Below, piece by piece: positions 29,880-43,846 of a DNA stretch of 64,000 nucleotides. The notes beneath the pieces were generated by a model. The model had not been told where the DNA came from and ran no database searches. It saw nothing but the letters and a program-made list of their open reading frames with translations. Positions within the stretch are counted from its first letter, which is position 1. The number at the start of each line of letters is the position of its first letter. A program made the position numbers and the translations under genes. Origin of the DNA: Eledone cirrhosa (taxonomy: Eukaryota); assembly GCA_964016885.1 (NCBI GenBank), contig OZ024741.1, positions 114,142,001 to 114,206,000 of the forward strand, given 5' to 3'.

Positions 29880-32487
29880 AGGTAAATATACACGGGTGTG
29901 TATGATTGTGTATAGAAGATTATATTAATAAGAGGAATTCCAACTTTGTCTGATTTACTCGTTTTATTTACAATCCTTTAAAATATATAATGGTATTATA
30001 ATGAAATAGTATGATAGAATATTAAATTCTAAGTGTTAATTGAACAAGTACTTTCATGCTTTCGCAATCTTCAGGTTCATAATATGTGGTGACAGTCAAG
30101 TTTGCAATTTTCAACTGTAATAAGATGGGTAAATTTCCTACCTTTTATACATTTTATACAGAGAAAAGTGGCTCCAGAATGCTAAGCCCTGTAAACTGTA
30201 TTTCGACCAATCAGTGTGTAGTTTCACTGAATTACTAAAGCTGATTGGTTTAAGCGTCACGGCTGGTTGAGCATGTCTAACGACCAATAATCACATCCAA
30301 AGCATCAATTGTTTTGCTATTTTTAGAAATGATGAAAATAGCATTTTCTATTAATCATCACCATCAACATCACTTTTATTATTATTATTATTATTATTAT
30401 TGTTGTTGTTGTTGTTAGTGGTAGTAGAAGTAATACCCCTAAGCGTTATTATTGTTCATTTAGCTTGGGTTTGAATTTATCAATAAAATTCTTTTCTTGG
30501 ATTTTTCTCTTGATTTCACTTGGGCTGTGTAATTTGTAGAATGGGAATATTATAAATATTCCCTGACCACATGTTGGTAGATGGTTACTTAAGGGTATCT
30601 GACGGACATTTGGGTCTCTGATTTGTTGACGGTGTACCCGTGCATGTTCCGATAGTGCATTTCCAGTTTGACCGACATATAGTTCTTCACAATTCGGGCA
30701 TTTAATGCAGTAAATTAGATTTCTGCTTTTGCAGTTCATATTTGCATTTGGGAATATTTTTCCAGTTTTTGTTTTCATATATTGACCGGCGTGTATGGAT
30801 TGACATGTGCCGCATCGACTATCATTGCATTTAGATACAGTGAATGATTGGTCTTTGTTGTTAAGGTCAAACTTTGCTTTTGTTAGTAATTGCTTCAAAT
30901 TTTTTGGCTGTCTTTTACTAAGAGTCAAAGATCGATCTGTGATTAAGCCTTTTAATTCATTACTTTGAGCAATGATCGGTAGGTTTGCTTTGGCAGTGTT
31001 GAAGATATTCTGGTGACATGGGTTGTGTGTCATTATAAATGGTATGACCAGTTCTTGGTTTCTTCTTCCTTGGGTTGTCCTAAGTTGTTGTATAGGTATT
31101 TTTATAGCCCGCTGTATGCCATTTTCTATAAGTAGAGATGGATATTTTTGTTTGAGCAAAAATTCTCTTAGTTCTGTTAGGCGTTTGTACCTGGTATTCG
31201 TATCTTCTACAATGGTACAAATTCTTCTGGCTAGGCAGTATGGGATGTTGCGTTTTGTATGAGGTGGATGGCACGACTTAAAATTTGGATATTGATGGGT
31301 GTCTGTGTGTTTATAATATATATCCGTGGTAATGGTGGTGTCGTTTTTGATTATCATTATATCTAGGAATGGTAATTTGGTCCTACTCATCTCTTTTGTG
31401 AATTGGAGAGATGGGTGTAGGTTATTCAGGAGGATATTGAACTCATCCAGAGTATCTAGAGATTCTGTCCAGATGATGAAACAGTCGTCAAGGTATCTCT
31501 TCCAAGATTTTTCAATGTACTTTCTAAAGTCAGTACTATATTTTTCCTCTATTTCTTGGTAGAGTTGTTGTTCTAAGTATCCCATTACAGAGTTCGCGTA
31601 AACGGGAGCAAACTTCGTTCCCATCGCTGTGCCTCTAATTTGGATGTAATTCTTTCCATTGAAGAAGAAAGTGTTGTTTTCCAGAATAAGTTTAACTGCG
31701 TCTAATATAAATGGCACTGTGAATCTAATGGGAATCACTTCTCTGTGTTTTTCCACCCAGTATTTAACCGCCTTTATTCCTAAATCATGTGTAATGTTGG
31801 TGTAAAGGCTTACCACATCAAAACTGAGTAGAAGTGAATTCGTTTCCGTGGTTTTGGGAAGATGGGACAGGAAGTCGATATCATCCCGGATGAAACTGGG
31901 TATGTGAATACATAGTGGTTTCAAAATAATGTCAACAAAATTGCTTAGACGGTGGGTGGGGCATGTTGGACCAGCTATAATAGGTCTAAGTATTAAGTCT
32001 TTTGGGTGTAATAATTTAATGTACTCACTGTTTTGTTCTCTTACTGCCAGTTGTATTTCTTTTGACTTATGAACTTTTGGTAGGCCATACAGGTTGCTGG
32101 GTTTCGGCTCAAAATTGGTGATGTAGTCTCTTTCCTTATCAGTAAATGAGTTGTGGTATTTTGAAGCCAGGTTGTTGATCTTCTTCATGATGTTGTGGTC
32201 TATATTTGACGGTATTTCATGATAGAATGTTGTGTCTTTCAGTTGTTCCTCAACCAAATCCTTGTAGTATTCAGTATCCATTATAACAACTGCACCCCCT
32301 TTATCTGCTTGTTTAATTATTATTGTTTTATCATTTTGTATACGTGTAAGTGCAGACATTTCTGATTTGTTAATGTTTGGCCTAACATTAGTATTATGTC
32401 TAAGAGGAAATTTAGACAGGATGTCAATGTATTGGTCGAGATAGATATTTCTTCCTTTTGGCGGAGTGAAATTTGATTTATTCTTTA
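29880..32487 (-). mobile_element. Penelope-like retroelement (RT + C-terminal GIY-YIG endonuclease), 5'-truncated, inserted in (TA)n; possibly Naiad clade
   Basis: ORF ending 30449 with ADKGGAVV, YGLPKVHK, FDVVSLYT, GTAMGT, RYLDD, the CxxxxCxxC linker and NLIYCIKCPNC..LYVGQT. Hammerhead in the 3' pseudo-LTR. Confidence 0.93.
30041..30079 (-). ncRNA. Minimal type I hammerhead in the Penelope 3' pseudo-LTR
   Basis: Minus strand: TGAAC-CTGAAGA-TTGC GAAA GCAT-GAAA-GTAC-TT-GTTCA. Palindromic helix III AGTACT; CUU triplet. Confidence 0.8.
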
Positions 32488-33022
32488 CATACATATATAT
32501 ATATATATGTGTTGTGTTGTTTCCTTGAGCAGGACACTTTATTTCACATTGCTCCAGTTTACTCAGCTGTAGAAATGAGATGATAGGGACTGGGGTCCAT
32601 ATCATTCTACTGCAAAGTGGTCGTGGAGGTGCCACGGCAAAAAAAGCACCCAGCACTCACTGTAAATGAGGTTGGTATTAGGAAGGGCATCCAGCTGTAG
32701 AAATCAAGCCAGAATCAGTTCCCGTCTCACCCTTGCAAGCAGGGAAAAAGCGGATGTAAAATGAAATGATGATGATGATATATATATATACATATAATGG
32801 GCTTTTGTACAGTTTCTGACTACCAAATTTTACTATCAAATGCATTGGTCAACCTAAGGCTATACTAAAAGACACCCAAGGTGTCTTGCAAGGGTACTAA
32901 ACCTGAAACCATGTGGTTGCAAAGCAAACATCTTAACCACTTATGTCTTAGCCTACTTATGTCTATGTTTTTCCTTCCAACATCTTTAGTTTTCTGAAAT
33001 ATTTGTTATTTCTTTATGCTAG

Positions 33023-33182
33023 GTTACACTGCCCAGGCAGAGTATCATGCTGAAAGAGCGAAATCTTTGATGCTCAACCCCAATGCCTATATTGCTAACA
33101 ATGATGCAGACAAAGTGACCATGTACACCATGCTTGTGAATTTATACCACATATTAGCTGTTACAAAATGCTCATTGAGAAA
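33023..33182 (+). CDS. TTC23: TTC23-like coding exon 4 (GYTAQAEYHAERAKSLML…LYHILAVTKCSLRK)
   Basis: TAG acceptor at 33022; 160 nt (2+156+2). Similar to TTC23 QAKQHAEKAR. Ends at U12 donor ATATCCTTT. Confidence 0.88.
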
Positions 33183-33689
33183 ATATCCTTTTTCATATAA
33201 GACCATTTTTTTCTCTTATTTTCTTTGTTTCTCAGCCTTCATTATCATTATCATCATCATCATCATCATCATCATCATCTTTTTACATCTGTTTCCCATG
33301 CTAGCATGGATTGGGCAGGCTGTCACAGTCCTAGACGAGACAGGTCAAAGAACCACTCCTTGCTCATATGTTTCAAGTGGTTTCTGCTACTGGATGCTTT
33401 TTCCTAATACCAGACCAGCCATTTTACAGAGTGTACTGGGTGCATTTTATCATGGTACCAACATGGATCATGGTACCAACATGAGAGAGGTTGTCATATA
33501 CCTGGCAAGATTATATTATCTCTGTTTGCGATCCAGCCTCTTTACAAAGTGTACAAATTGATTTTTTTTTTATTCTTATCAGTATCTTTTATAACACAGC
33601 ATTTATTGATTTATAACATAGGTACAAGACAATAAATTTGAGATGAGAGAGCAGTTGATGAAATTAAAATTTAATGAATATATTTTGCC

Positions 33690-34010
33690 AGTGATGATTT
33701 ATGGAAATGAGACATGGGCACTCAACACCTATACTGAAGAGACTCTTGCAGTGGCCCAATATAAAATGGAGAGAATCATGTTCGGTATCATCTTACGTGA
33801 CAGGAAGAGCAACACATAGATTTGACAGCAAACTGGAGTGAAGGACAGAAAAGAGACCCTCAAGAAGGGCAAACATGGATGGACTGGCCACATTGCTTGT
33901 CTCAGAGACAATAGGTGGACTATTAGAGCAACAGAGTGGGCACCAAGGCAGTGGAAAAGAACCAGAGGACAACCAATGGCAAGATGGTGCCACAATCTGA
34001 CCACTTAGAT
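33690..34010 (+). mobile_element. Decayed RTE-type LINE fragment of a second family
   Basis: YGNETWAL…AVAQYKMERIMFGI…WTGHIA motifs. Confidence 0.75.
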
Positions 34011-34574
34011 TATTCTAGAGAATAACAAAAACGAACAAACGTGCCTCCGTTTCCCTTCTCCATTTCCTACAACCTTCACTCTCTCACTCCACTTACTATC
34101 ATAACCACAAGGAAGACATTCGTTCATTTTCATTCATCAAACATAATGTAATCTCTTGCCTTTTCTCTCCAGCCATGCCTATCCCATACACTACCTCCTC
34201 AGGTCAAATAACTTGTTTCCTCCAGACTACATTTTTTTTGCTTCATTTCCACCATATTCCTATTTCCCTCTCACCCACCACCTCACACCACCATTGCTAC
34301 ATAGACCAATCAAAACACTGCAGCACAAATATATTGTAACTGCTCACTCAATCTCTATCACAATAACCACTACTACTTCTAATACAGTTGTTATGGGCCT
34401 GATGTTCTGTATGGCAAATGGAATACAAAATTGGAGCATTCTTAACAATGAATATGAATCCACCAGCCTCCTCTGGATAACCATGCAAACGCTCTCCTTT
34501 ATTTCAGACATGGAAAACCACCACCAACTCATCTTTCACACCTGCTACCATGTTTCCATCCTCTCCCTCTTACT

Positions 34575-36680
34575 CTTCTGCTGAACTCGATAACTTCAGA
34601 GCTGGCACCCCCCAATGAAAGGAAGATCTGGAGAACTGGTAGAGATGCTTGAACGAAAGAAAATTAATGTGTGCTGTGTATAAGAGACAAGCTGGAGAGG
34701 AATGTCAGCTAGATTTCTGGTGGGCAAAAAAAAGATGGTACAAAATTTTCTGGGTGGGAAATGTCGATGGACTGGGTGGAGTAGGGATTTTGGCAGCAGA
34801 AAAATGGGTAGGCGAAGTTATTGCTGTAAATGAGTAAATGACAGAATAATTTAACTCAGATTTGTACTAAATATGGCAACCATGACAATCATATCTGCAT
34901 ATACACCTCAATCTGGACTGCCAGACATGCTAAAAGACAGGTTCTACGAGTCCCTAATGCTCACTAACTCCCACATAAGTAACAGCAACCTTATATTCAT
35001 TGCAAGCAACTTTAATGGGCATGTTGGGCAACACTGCAATGGCATCTACAGAATCCACAGGGGCCACAGGTTCGGTGCTAGAAATAAGGAAGGTTTCATG
35101 TTCCTGGAATTCTGTGACACTAATGACCTATCTATCTGTAACACGAACTTCAAAAACTAGGACAACCACTTAATCATTTATAGATCAGGTGAGCATGCCA
35201 GCCAGATAGATTTTATTCTTACTAGAAAATGAGATAGAGTGGCTGTTGTGAACACAAAGTCCCTCCCTAGTGAAGAACGCACCTCCCAACATATCTTAGT
35301 AGTTAGCAACCGTATAGTTAGGGCTAGAAGAACCCGGCAACAGGAGACAATCTGGAGGAGAAGAATATGGAAGCTAAAAGAACCATTGACCAGTAACAAA
35401 TTTAGAAGTATGTTGAATGACACCTTCGACGGTAAGGAAGAGCAAATAGAGACACACCATTACAGGAGCAGTTGGAGTTCTTGAAAGATAACCTACTGAA
35501 AGCAACAGATGAAATCTGCAGTAGGTCTCTAGGGAGAAGGAGAGTGACTTGGTGGTGGAATAGAAAGGTAGATGAGACAATTAAGGCCAAGAGATAGATG
35601 CCCTCTTCCTTGTTAGGTAACTGCAAGAGAAATATGTAGCTAAATGTAAACCCTTCTACTACTTGGCTTTTGTGGACCTAGAGAAAGCTTTTGGCAGAAT
35701 CTCCCATTCCATTATCTGCTGAGGTTTTAGAAAACTGGGAGTTGATGAGTGGCTTGTGAGGGCAGTACAAGCTATATATAGAGGCACTGTCAGCAAGGTC
35801 AGAATTAACAATGACTATAGCAAAGAATTTATCATGCTGGTTGGGGTCCATCAGGAGAGGAGTTTGCATCGGTAGAGACATGTGTTGCGTATGAAGGATG
35901 ACAGCTGTATAAAAAGGTTCAGAGCGCTCAAAGTCTATGGAATCTATGGAGTGGGCAAGCCTAGGAAGACTTGGGACGCGGTGATAAAAGCTAACCATGC
36001 ACAATTGCATCTCTCAAAGGTGATGACACAGGACCGTGATCTCTGGCGCTATGCAGTAATACAGAAGACTCGCCTTCCCATATGCAGGAGCTGAGGCACA
36101 CATCTAGTATGTACCACCTTCCCTCCCATCACCCATCCCATACACCTCCCACGTTGTAATCACCCCACCCCTATATTTACCTCCCAATTCCTCATGCATC
36201 CTCCCCACCCAAGTCCCCAATTCACACCTTAAGGCGGCCATACTGGAGCCACAACAATAAGCACACAGTCTACACTGTAAAGTGGTTGCGTAGGTGTCAT
36301 GACAAAAAGCACTCAGCCCACATTGTAAAGTACTTGTGTTGGTGACATGATATAAAAATGCCTGACTCACACTGTAAAGTGGTTGTGTAGGTGTCACAAT
36401 AAAAAGTACCCAGTCCACAGTGTAAAGTGGTCATATATGTATCATGGCAAAAAAAGTCTAGTCCATACTGTAAAGTGGTCGTGTAGGTATCACAACAAAA
36501 CGCACCCAGTACACACTGTAAATGTTGTTGGCATTAGGAAGGGCATCCAGCCGTAGAAACCAAACCAAAATCAGTTCTGTATGAGTGAAACATGGTCCTC
36601 CAACATGACTGTCTCACAACAGGACTACTCGACTAACCCATGCTAGTATGGAAAATGGACATTAAATGACGATGATATGT
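34575..36680 (+). mobile_element. Internally deleted, decayed RTE LINE (APE endonuclease + RT remnants + 3' tail)
   Basis: ISAYTPQ, NFNGHVG, IDFIL, VDLEKAF and KPRKTW motifs in broken frames. Confidence 0.88.
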
Positions 36681-37253
36681 ATATATATATGCATATAAAC
36701 CTGAAGTACAAGTCAACGATATAATTCACTTCATTTATTCATAATCGGTGATATCTGTTATGCAACAGTTAAGACCTCATCAGGCAGCTAAAAGTTGAAC
36801 AGAAAAAAAATATATTTATCTACATATCTACAATACATAGGGAGCTCATAGATCGGACAACACACTGTTTTTCGTGGGGGTAGTTTTTATTAATTTTTGT
36901 ATTCTGAAAGATCAAAATACAACAAAATTTTTGCTCATTGGATTCCGGGGAAATGTTCTAACAAAAGCTGTGGAAGCTACAGAAATATTCCATATATTTT
37001 TCCAGAGAAATCTCTATTTAAATGTTACATTTTACGTTTACTTGTCTTCCATTGCAAAATGGTCATAAATTCAAATTTTGAAAAGAGAGGAAAAGGGACA
37101 AGTGAACTATGAACTTGATACATCTCACTGCTGCCCGTCACCACAATAACGTCTACACTCGCTCTCCACCACCACCACCACATAAATCATTACCCTATCT
37201 ACACTAAAATGTCTGACCTGTTGACAAACTCCTAACTCCTTTCCGTGTGTTGA

Positions 37254-37304
<51 letters not shown>

Positions 37305-37308
<4 letters not shown>

Positions 37309-39050
37309 AGAGAGAATTGATCTAGATGAAATGCAGTTCGGGTTTGTGTCAGGTAAAAGTACCACAGACGCTCTTTTCATTGTACGACAAGTACAGGAGA
37401 AGTACCTAGCTAAAAGTAAACCCCTATGCTTAGCTTTTGTCGACTTGGAGAAAGCCTTCGACAGAGTCACCCATTCCATTATCTGGTAGGATCTTAGAAA
37501 ACTAGGTGTTGATGAATGGCTTGTGAGAGCTATACAAGCCATGTATAAAGAAACAGTCAGCAAGGTTAGAATTAACAACGAATATAGTGAAGAGTTTAGT
37601 GTAAAAGTTGGTGTTCATCAGGGCTCTGTTCTTATCCCCTTACTATTTATTATTGCCCTTCAAGCTATAACAGTGGAGTTCAAGACTGGCTGCCCATGGG
37701 AACTCCTATACGCAGATGATCTAACGCTCCTAGCTGAATCAATGGCCGAACTAGAGAAGAAATTCCAAACATGGAAGCATGGCCTAGAATCAAAAGGCCT
37801 TAAAATTAACCTGTCTAAGACTAAAGTTCTAGTTTGTAAGAAGGAAAATAGGGCACCGGTCCCATCTGGGAAATGGCCATGCTCAGTGTGTAGGAAAGGA
37901 GTAGGTAGAAGCTCCATTTTATGTCCCAAATGCAAAGTATGGCTGCATAAAAGATGTAGTGGGATCACAGGTAAGCTAACTAAGAACATAGATTTTATAT
38001 GTGGTCGGTGCTCTGGTGCAATAAGTAGCAGCAAGTGCCCACAGAATACTAGCTCATTCCATTGCACAGATGGTTCTATAGAAATAGTGGACACCTCCCA
38101 TTACTTGGGTGACAAAATCAGCAGTGGTGGAGGGTGCTCTGAAAGTACAGTAGTTAGAGTCAGAACTGGATGGAAAAAGTTCAGAGGGCTTATACTACTA
38201 TTAGCCACTAAAGGGTTCTCTCTAAAAATGAAAGGCAGGCTGTATGATGCCTGCATACGAACAGCAATGTTACATGGCAGTGAGACCTGGGCAGTGTGTG
38301 CAGAGGATATATGCAGACTGGAGAGGAACGAAGCTTGCATGCTCCGCTGGATGTGTAATAGTAATATACGTGAATGGCAAAGCATAAACGAACTAAGGGA
38401 AAAATTAGAAATAAGAGGGATCAGATGTTGTTTACTCAAGAGAAGACTACGTTGGTATGGTCACGTGATGCGCATGAAAGATGACAGCTGTATAAAAAAG
38501 TGCCGGGCAATAAAAATAGACGGTAGCCACGGAGTAGGCAGACCCAGAAAAACCTGGGATGACTTGATAAATTCCGACCTCACACACACCTCTCCAAGAC
38601 AATGTCACTGGACCGAGATCTTTGGCGCTACACAGTAATAGAGAAGACCCGCCTTACCTAAGTACAAAGTGAAATCTACTAAAGTAAGTAGGCACCTCTA
38701 ACAAAATACACCCCCGTCCCACTACCCCCACCTCATCCACACAACCCCTTTCAATGTAAAGTTATGTTGGTACCACAACATCCAGTCCGAAACAAATGAG
38801 GTTGTGTAGTTGTCACAACAAAAAAACACATAGTCCACGCTGTAATGTGGCCGTGTAGGTAACACGGTAAAAACCTCCCAGTCCACACTGTAAATGTGGT
38901 TGGTGTTACGAAGGGCATCCACCGTAGAAAACCCGCCAGACAGTCCTATGCGAGCAAGACAACCACTCTTGCCTCAAGTGGGATAACTCCCGTCCAAACC
39001 CATGCAAGCGTGGAAGATGGACGTTAAACGATGATGATGATGATTATGAT
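37305..39050 (+). mobile_element. 5'-truncated RTE LINE, same family as 54238-57783
   Basis: MQFGFVSGKSTTDALF, GVHQGSVL, LLYADD, PHD-like Cys cluster and (ATG)n tail. Near-identical to the minus-strand copy. Confidence 0.95.
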
Positions 39051-39059
39051 ATATATACA

Positions 39060-39932
39060 CAGGGTGTGGACAAAATTTGATCGCAATTTTCAACTGCTAA
39101 TTTTATGCAAATTTTTTTTACTTCCGTTCTCACTCTTGTCTTCATAAAAACAGTGACTATATTTCCATTATTTATTTTCAGAATAATTGATTATGAATAA
39201 TTTTGAACCTCCAAATTTGTGGAAGAGACACGGAGTTCTTCTTGGAATCCATGCTGGGAGGACAAATAAAAAAATGTCAGGCTTTCTCAGAACAACAGGT
39301 GGCTCGCTGTCTCATCCAAAGACGTGCCCAGAGTCATGCAGACAAAGTTTCCAGCGACAACATTGGTCTTAGGTGTCGTCAGCAGTCAAGGTAACGTCAA
39401 GCCACCTCACTTCTTCCCTGAGGGCCTCAAACTGAACACCGATGGTTACATCCGGATTCTGAGCGAGGTAGTAAAGCCCTGGATCGACCAGGTAGCTGCA
39501 AGTAGGCCGTACGTGTGGCAGCAAGACTCAGCGCCCTGCCATACCAGCCGAAAGACCCCAGCCTGGCTGTCAGAGAACTTCATCGACCACACTTCACCTG
39601 ACATCTGGCCTCCCAGCTCGCCTGACTGCACCCCCTCGACTTCTTTGTGTGGGGCGCAGTGGAACGAGACACCAACAGATCTAGCTGCAATACGAAAGAT
39701 GATCTGAAGGCCAGGTTCACAAGTGCCTTTAGGGGCCTAAGTCGGGGAAGAGTGACGAAGGCCTGTAGCCGGTTCCGAGGCCGTCATCAAAGCCAATGGC
39801 GGGTTTATCGAGTGAGATCAAAAGAACAGGTCATGAAGACAAACTGACCCAAGTTTGATAAATATATCTTAAAAAATAAAACGACTTTTTTCCTAGAGAG
39901 TAATCTTGCGAACAAATATCGTCTGCTCCCTG
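39060..39932 (+). mobile_element. Tc1/mariner-superfamily DD37D (maT) transposon, internally deleted
   Basis: CAGGGTG…CCCTG|TA termini. WQQDSAPCH…WPPSSPDC.PLD gives 37-aa spacing after one frameshift. Confidence 0.88.
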
Positions 39933-40779
39933 TATATGTGTGTGTATATATGTATATATATATATATATCTCAGTAGATGCGACCAGATTTCAACAACAA
40001 CAACAACAGCAACTGCAGCAACAACACCATTGTCTGTGTTGAATGTGTGTGTATGTATATATATATATGTATGTGTATATATCATACACGCAAAGCGACC
40101 TAATTTCAAAATTTCAACCCAGCGACTACAACAACAGCAACAACACCATTGCCTGCAGCAGCACCATCTGTTAAATGAACAATAACAACGGCAGCAGCAG
40201 CAGCAGCAACAACAACAACTGCCATCACCATCACTGACATCATCCACCACCACCATCACCATCACCATCACCAGCGATCAGGCCTTAAGAAGAAGAAAAC
40301 AACTATAATACTAAATAACTATTCTGTTCTTGGCATGGGGCAGCGATTGTCCCAGCGCATTGCTGGTGCCTTGCTTTGGGCCTGGACCATGGAGGGCCGT
40401 TGCTCTATGCTGTAAAGCAAACAATTATTATTATTATATAAAAACTGAACTGGAAAAGTCAACAGTTCACATGATCTTGTATCAGTACTGACAGTAATAT
40501 ATGTATGTGCGTGTGTGTGTTTGAATGCATGAGTGTTGATGTGTGAGTGGCTTGTGTGTATGCTTGAGTGTTGGCGTGTGAGTGAGTGTGTGCCGTGAGT
40601 GTCAATAAGTGGTGTTTTTTTATTTTTTTTTTTTACCATGCTGTAAAATGGAGGGGTAGAGAGGGCCCATGAGTCCAGTAAGACATCCTCTCTAGTGATG
40701 GTGGCACGAATAAAAGCACCCAGTCCATGCTGTAAAGTGGCACTGGTGTTAGGAAGGGCATCCAACCAGTGTATCAATG

Positions 40780-43700
40780 CCAAAACAATTATGAGCACAG
40801 CAACAAATATATAGGAACAACAAAAATATGAAGACATTGCATCTCAGAGTTGCAACACTTAATGTTGGCACTCTCACAGGTAGATCTGCTGAAATAGCGG
40901 AGATGCTGGAGAGAAGGCATGTGTATGTATGTTGCATGCAAGAGGTGAGATGGAGAGGTGCCTCTGCGAGACTAGTCGCAGGCAAACATCTTAGCTATAA
41001 GCGGTTCTGTGTAGGTAAGGATGATGGGTTGGGGGAGTAGGCATTTTCCTGGCTGAGAGATGGATCACTAAAACAATAGAGGTAGTTCGAGTTAATAATC
41101 GAATAATTAAGCTTAGATTAGTTGTAGGCAAGAGACTACTGACAATCATCTCTGCCTATGCTCACCAGGCAGGCCTAGGCAAAGAAGAGAAAGACTGCTT
41201 TTACAAGCAACTTTTACAAACAGCCACAATGACAGAGGACGGAGACAGCGTTATGCTAGCAGGGGACTTCAATGGTCATGTTGGACAGCTCCAGGATTGT
41301 TACACTGGGGTACATGGTGGGCACGGTTACGGCTCAAGAAATGAAGAAGGAGTGAGACTTCTTGAATTTTGTGATGCAAGTACACTGACTATTTGCAACA
41401 CTGACTTCCAGAAACCTGCCAACCACCTAATAACCTACAAATCAGGCGAGCACATAAACCAGATTGACTTCTTACTAATTAGGCAGCAGGACAGGCAGAT
41501 GGTGTCAAATACCAAGGCATACTCTGGGGGAGAATGTACCCCACAGCATAGGTTAGTCATTAGTGATATCTCAGTAAGCAAGAGATGGAATGAAACATAC
41601 AGGAAGGTATGGAGAAGAAAGGTCTGGAAGCTAAAAGAACTTTCACTAAAATACAAATCTAGGAAAGCCCTTCAGATGTGTATGACGAAAAAGAAGACAA
41701 TTTAGAGTTGTATGACATAGATAATAACTGGTATTTCTTGCGTGACAAATTACTGCAGGCTACTGATGAAACTTATTGCTGGAACAGAGCTCCAACCAGA
41801 CACAGAGTGACCTGGTGGTGGAACAGCACAGTAGATAGGGCCATCAGAGACAAAAGACTAGCATGGAAGACTTGTAAAATGGGTGGGAGTAGAGTGGGTT
41901 ATACATCCATTAAGAGAGAAACTAGACGTCAAGTTTACTTAGCACGCAGGGAGGCTGCGAGTAGGAGGTTTGCCAATGTTCTGCGACGGGAAGATCAAAG
42001 GCGAGCGGTGTTCCACATTGCAAGGCAGTGTGTCAATGCAAATCAGGATGTTGTTAGAGATAAATGGTGTACTTAGTGTCACGAATGATCAGAAAAAGGA
42101 GGCCTGGAAATGTCATTATGAGAGACTGATGAATGTGGAGAACGAATGGGAGAGAGAGAAATTACCCTCAGTATATCCGACAGAGGGACCAGCAATTGAG
42201 ATTGACGAATATAGGGTCTAAGAGGCGATTAAGGAAATGAAAAATGGTAAGGCTGCTGGACCATCGGGGATAGTTGCTGAGATGCTGAAGGCATCAGGGG
42301 ACGTAGGCACTAAACTGGTTGCACACATCATCAATCAGGCTATATATGGTGGTGTCATACCCAAAGACTGGTGCAGCAGTATTTTCATAAATTGCTACAA
42401 AGGTAAAGGGGATGCTCTGGAGAGGAGCAATTATAGGGGTATAAAACTGATGGATCAGGTTATGAAAGTGGCAGAAAGGATATTAGCACAACTAATTAGA
42501 GAAAGGGTTAAACTAGATGAGATGCAGTTTGGTTTTGTGCCTGGGAAAAGTACAACAGATACCCTCTTCTTGGTGAGACAATTACAAGAGAGGTTCTTAG
42601 AGAAGAATAAGCGACTATTCTTAGCCTTTGTTGACCTAGAGAAGGCCTTTGATAGGGTACCCCGATCTGTCATCTGGTGGTCTCTAAGGAAACTAGGTGT
42701 TGAGGAATGGCTTGTGAGGACTGCAAACTTTGTACAGAGGTGCTATCAGTAAAGTCAGGGTAGGAATGGAGTTTAGTGAGGAATTCCAGATACAAGTAGG
42801 AGTACATCAAGGTTTGGTCCTCAGCCCGCTCTTGTTCATTATAGTCCTCCAAGCCATAACAGAGGAGTTTAAGACTGGTTGTCCATGGGAACTTCTCTAT
42901 GCTGATGATCTGGTTCTCATAGCAGAATCAGTAGAGGAGCTAGAGATTAAATTCTGGCTATGGAAACAGCAGTTTGAAGCAAGAGGACTGAGAGTGAACA
43001 TAGCTAAGACAAGTGTTGATGAGCAGAAAAGAGGACAAAACTGATTCCGTCAGGGAAATGGCCATGTTTGATATGCAGAAAAGGAACTGGCATAAATTCT
43101 ATAAAATGCACACAATACAGATCCTGGATACACAAAAGATGTAGTTGGATAGCAGGCAAACTAACAAGTAGGGAGAAATACATATGCAGTAGATGTACAG
43201 GGAAATTAGACAGTAGAAGTCGCATTGATAGACACATTTCTCAAATGCAGGTGGGTGCTATAGAAGTGGTGGATAGCTTCCGGTACCTAGATCAGATTAG
43301 CATGGGAGGGGGCTGTTCTGAGGCCATAGTATCTAGAATAAGGACGGGTTGGAAGAAGTTTAGGGAGCTGCTTCCTCTGCTGACGAAGAAGAGTTTCTCC
43401 CTGCGTATGAAAGGCCGGTTATATGATGTCTTTGTGAGGAGCGCGATGCCGCATGGTAGTGAGACATGGGCAGCAACTGGAGAGAAATGAGGCAAGCATG
43501 CTCCGTTGGATGTGCATGAACGACCCAACATGAATGTGTTGAGAGAGAAACTATGTCTGAGAGGGATAGAATATAGTGTGCGAGAGAGCAGACTGCGGTG
43601 GTATGGACATGTGATGCACATGGAGGATGACCGATGGGTGAAGAAGTGCCAGGAAATGCCAGTTGAAGGAAGACGTGGTAGAGGTAGACCCCGAAAAACC

Positions 43701-43846
43701 TGGGCAGAGGTGGTGAGAACAGACCGCAGATCGCTGAAGCTCACGGTCGAGATGACGAAGGACCGTGACAAGTAGAGAGATGCTTTGCTGAATAAGACCC
43801 GTCCCACCCTTGCAAGCAGGAAAAAGCGGACGTAAAAGGATGATGA
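40780..43846 (+). mobile_element. Near full-length but disrupted RTE LINE (APE + RT)
   Basis: LNVGTL, MQEVRW, GDFNGHVG, NYRGIKL, LLYADD and RGRPRKTW across frameshifted ORFs. Confidence 0.95.

Noticed and set aside
30295-30366. Possible SECIS element behind the Penelope ORF (some Naiads encode selenoproteins)
   Set aside because: ATGA…TGAT and a hairpin exist on the minus strand, but the stem next to the quartet does not pair, and the ORF has no in-frame TGA.
32488-32656. N-terminal ~55 aa of the 735-aa Penelope ORF
   Set aside because: Chance read-through from an adjacent SINE/LINE tail and a (TA)n tract; not part of the element.
33183-33561. Read-through C-terminal part of the 181-aa ORF 33016-33561
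   Set aside because: Past the U12 donor it translates a (CAT)n tract and a retroelement tail; intronic.
36730-36790. Minus-strand CTGATGA followed by a hairpin
   Set aside because: No GAAA/NUH half follows the stem; incomplete.
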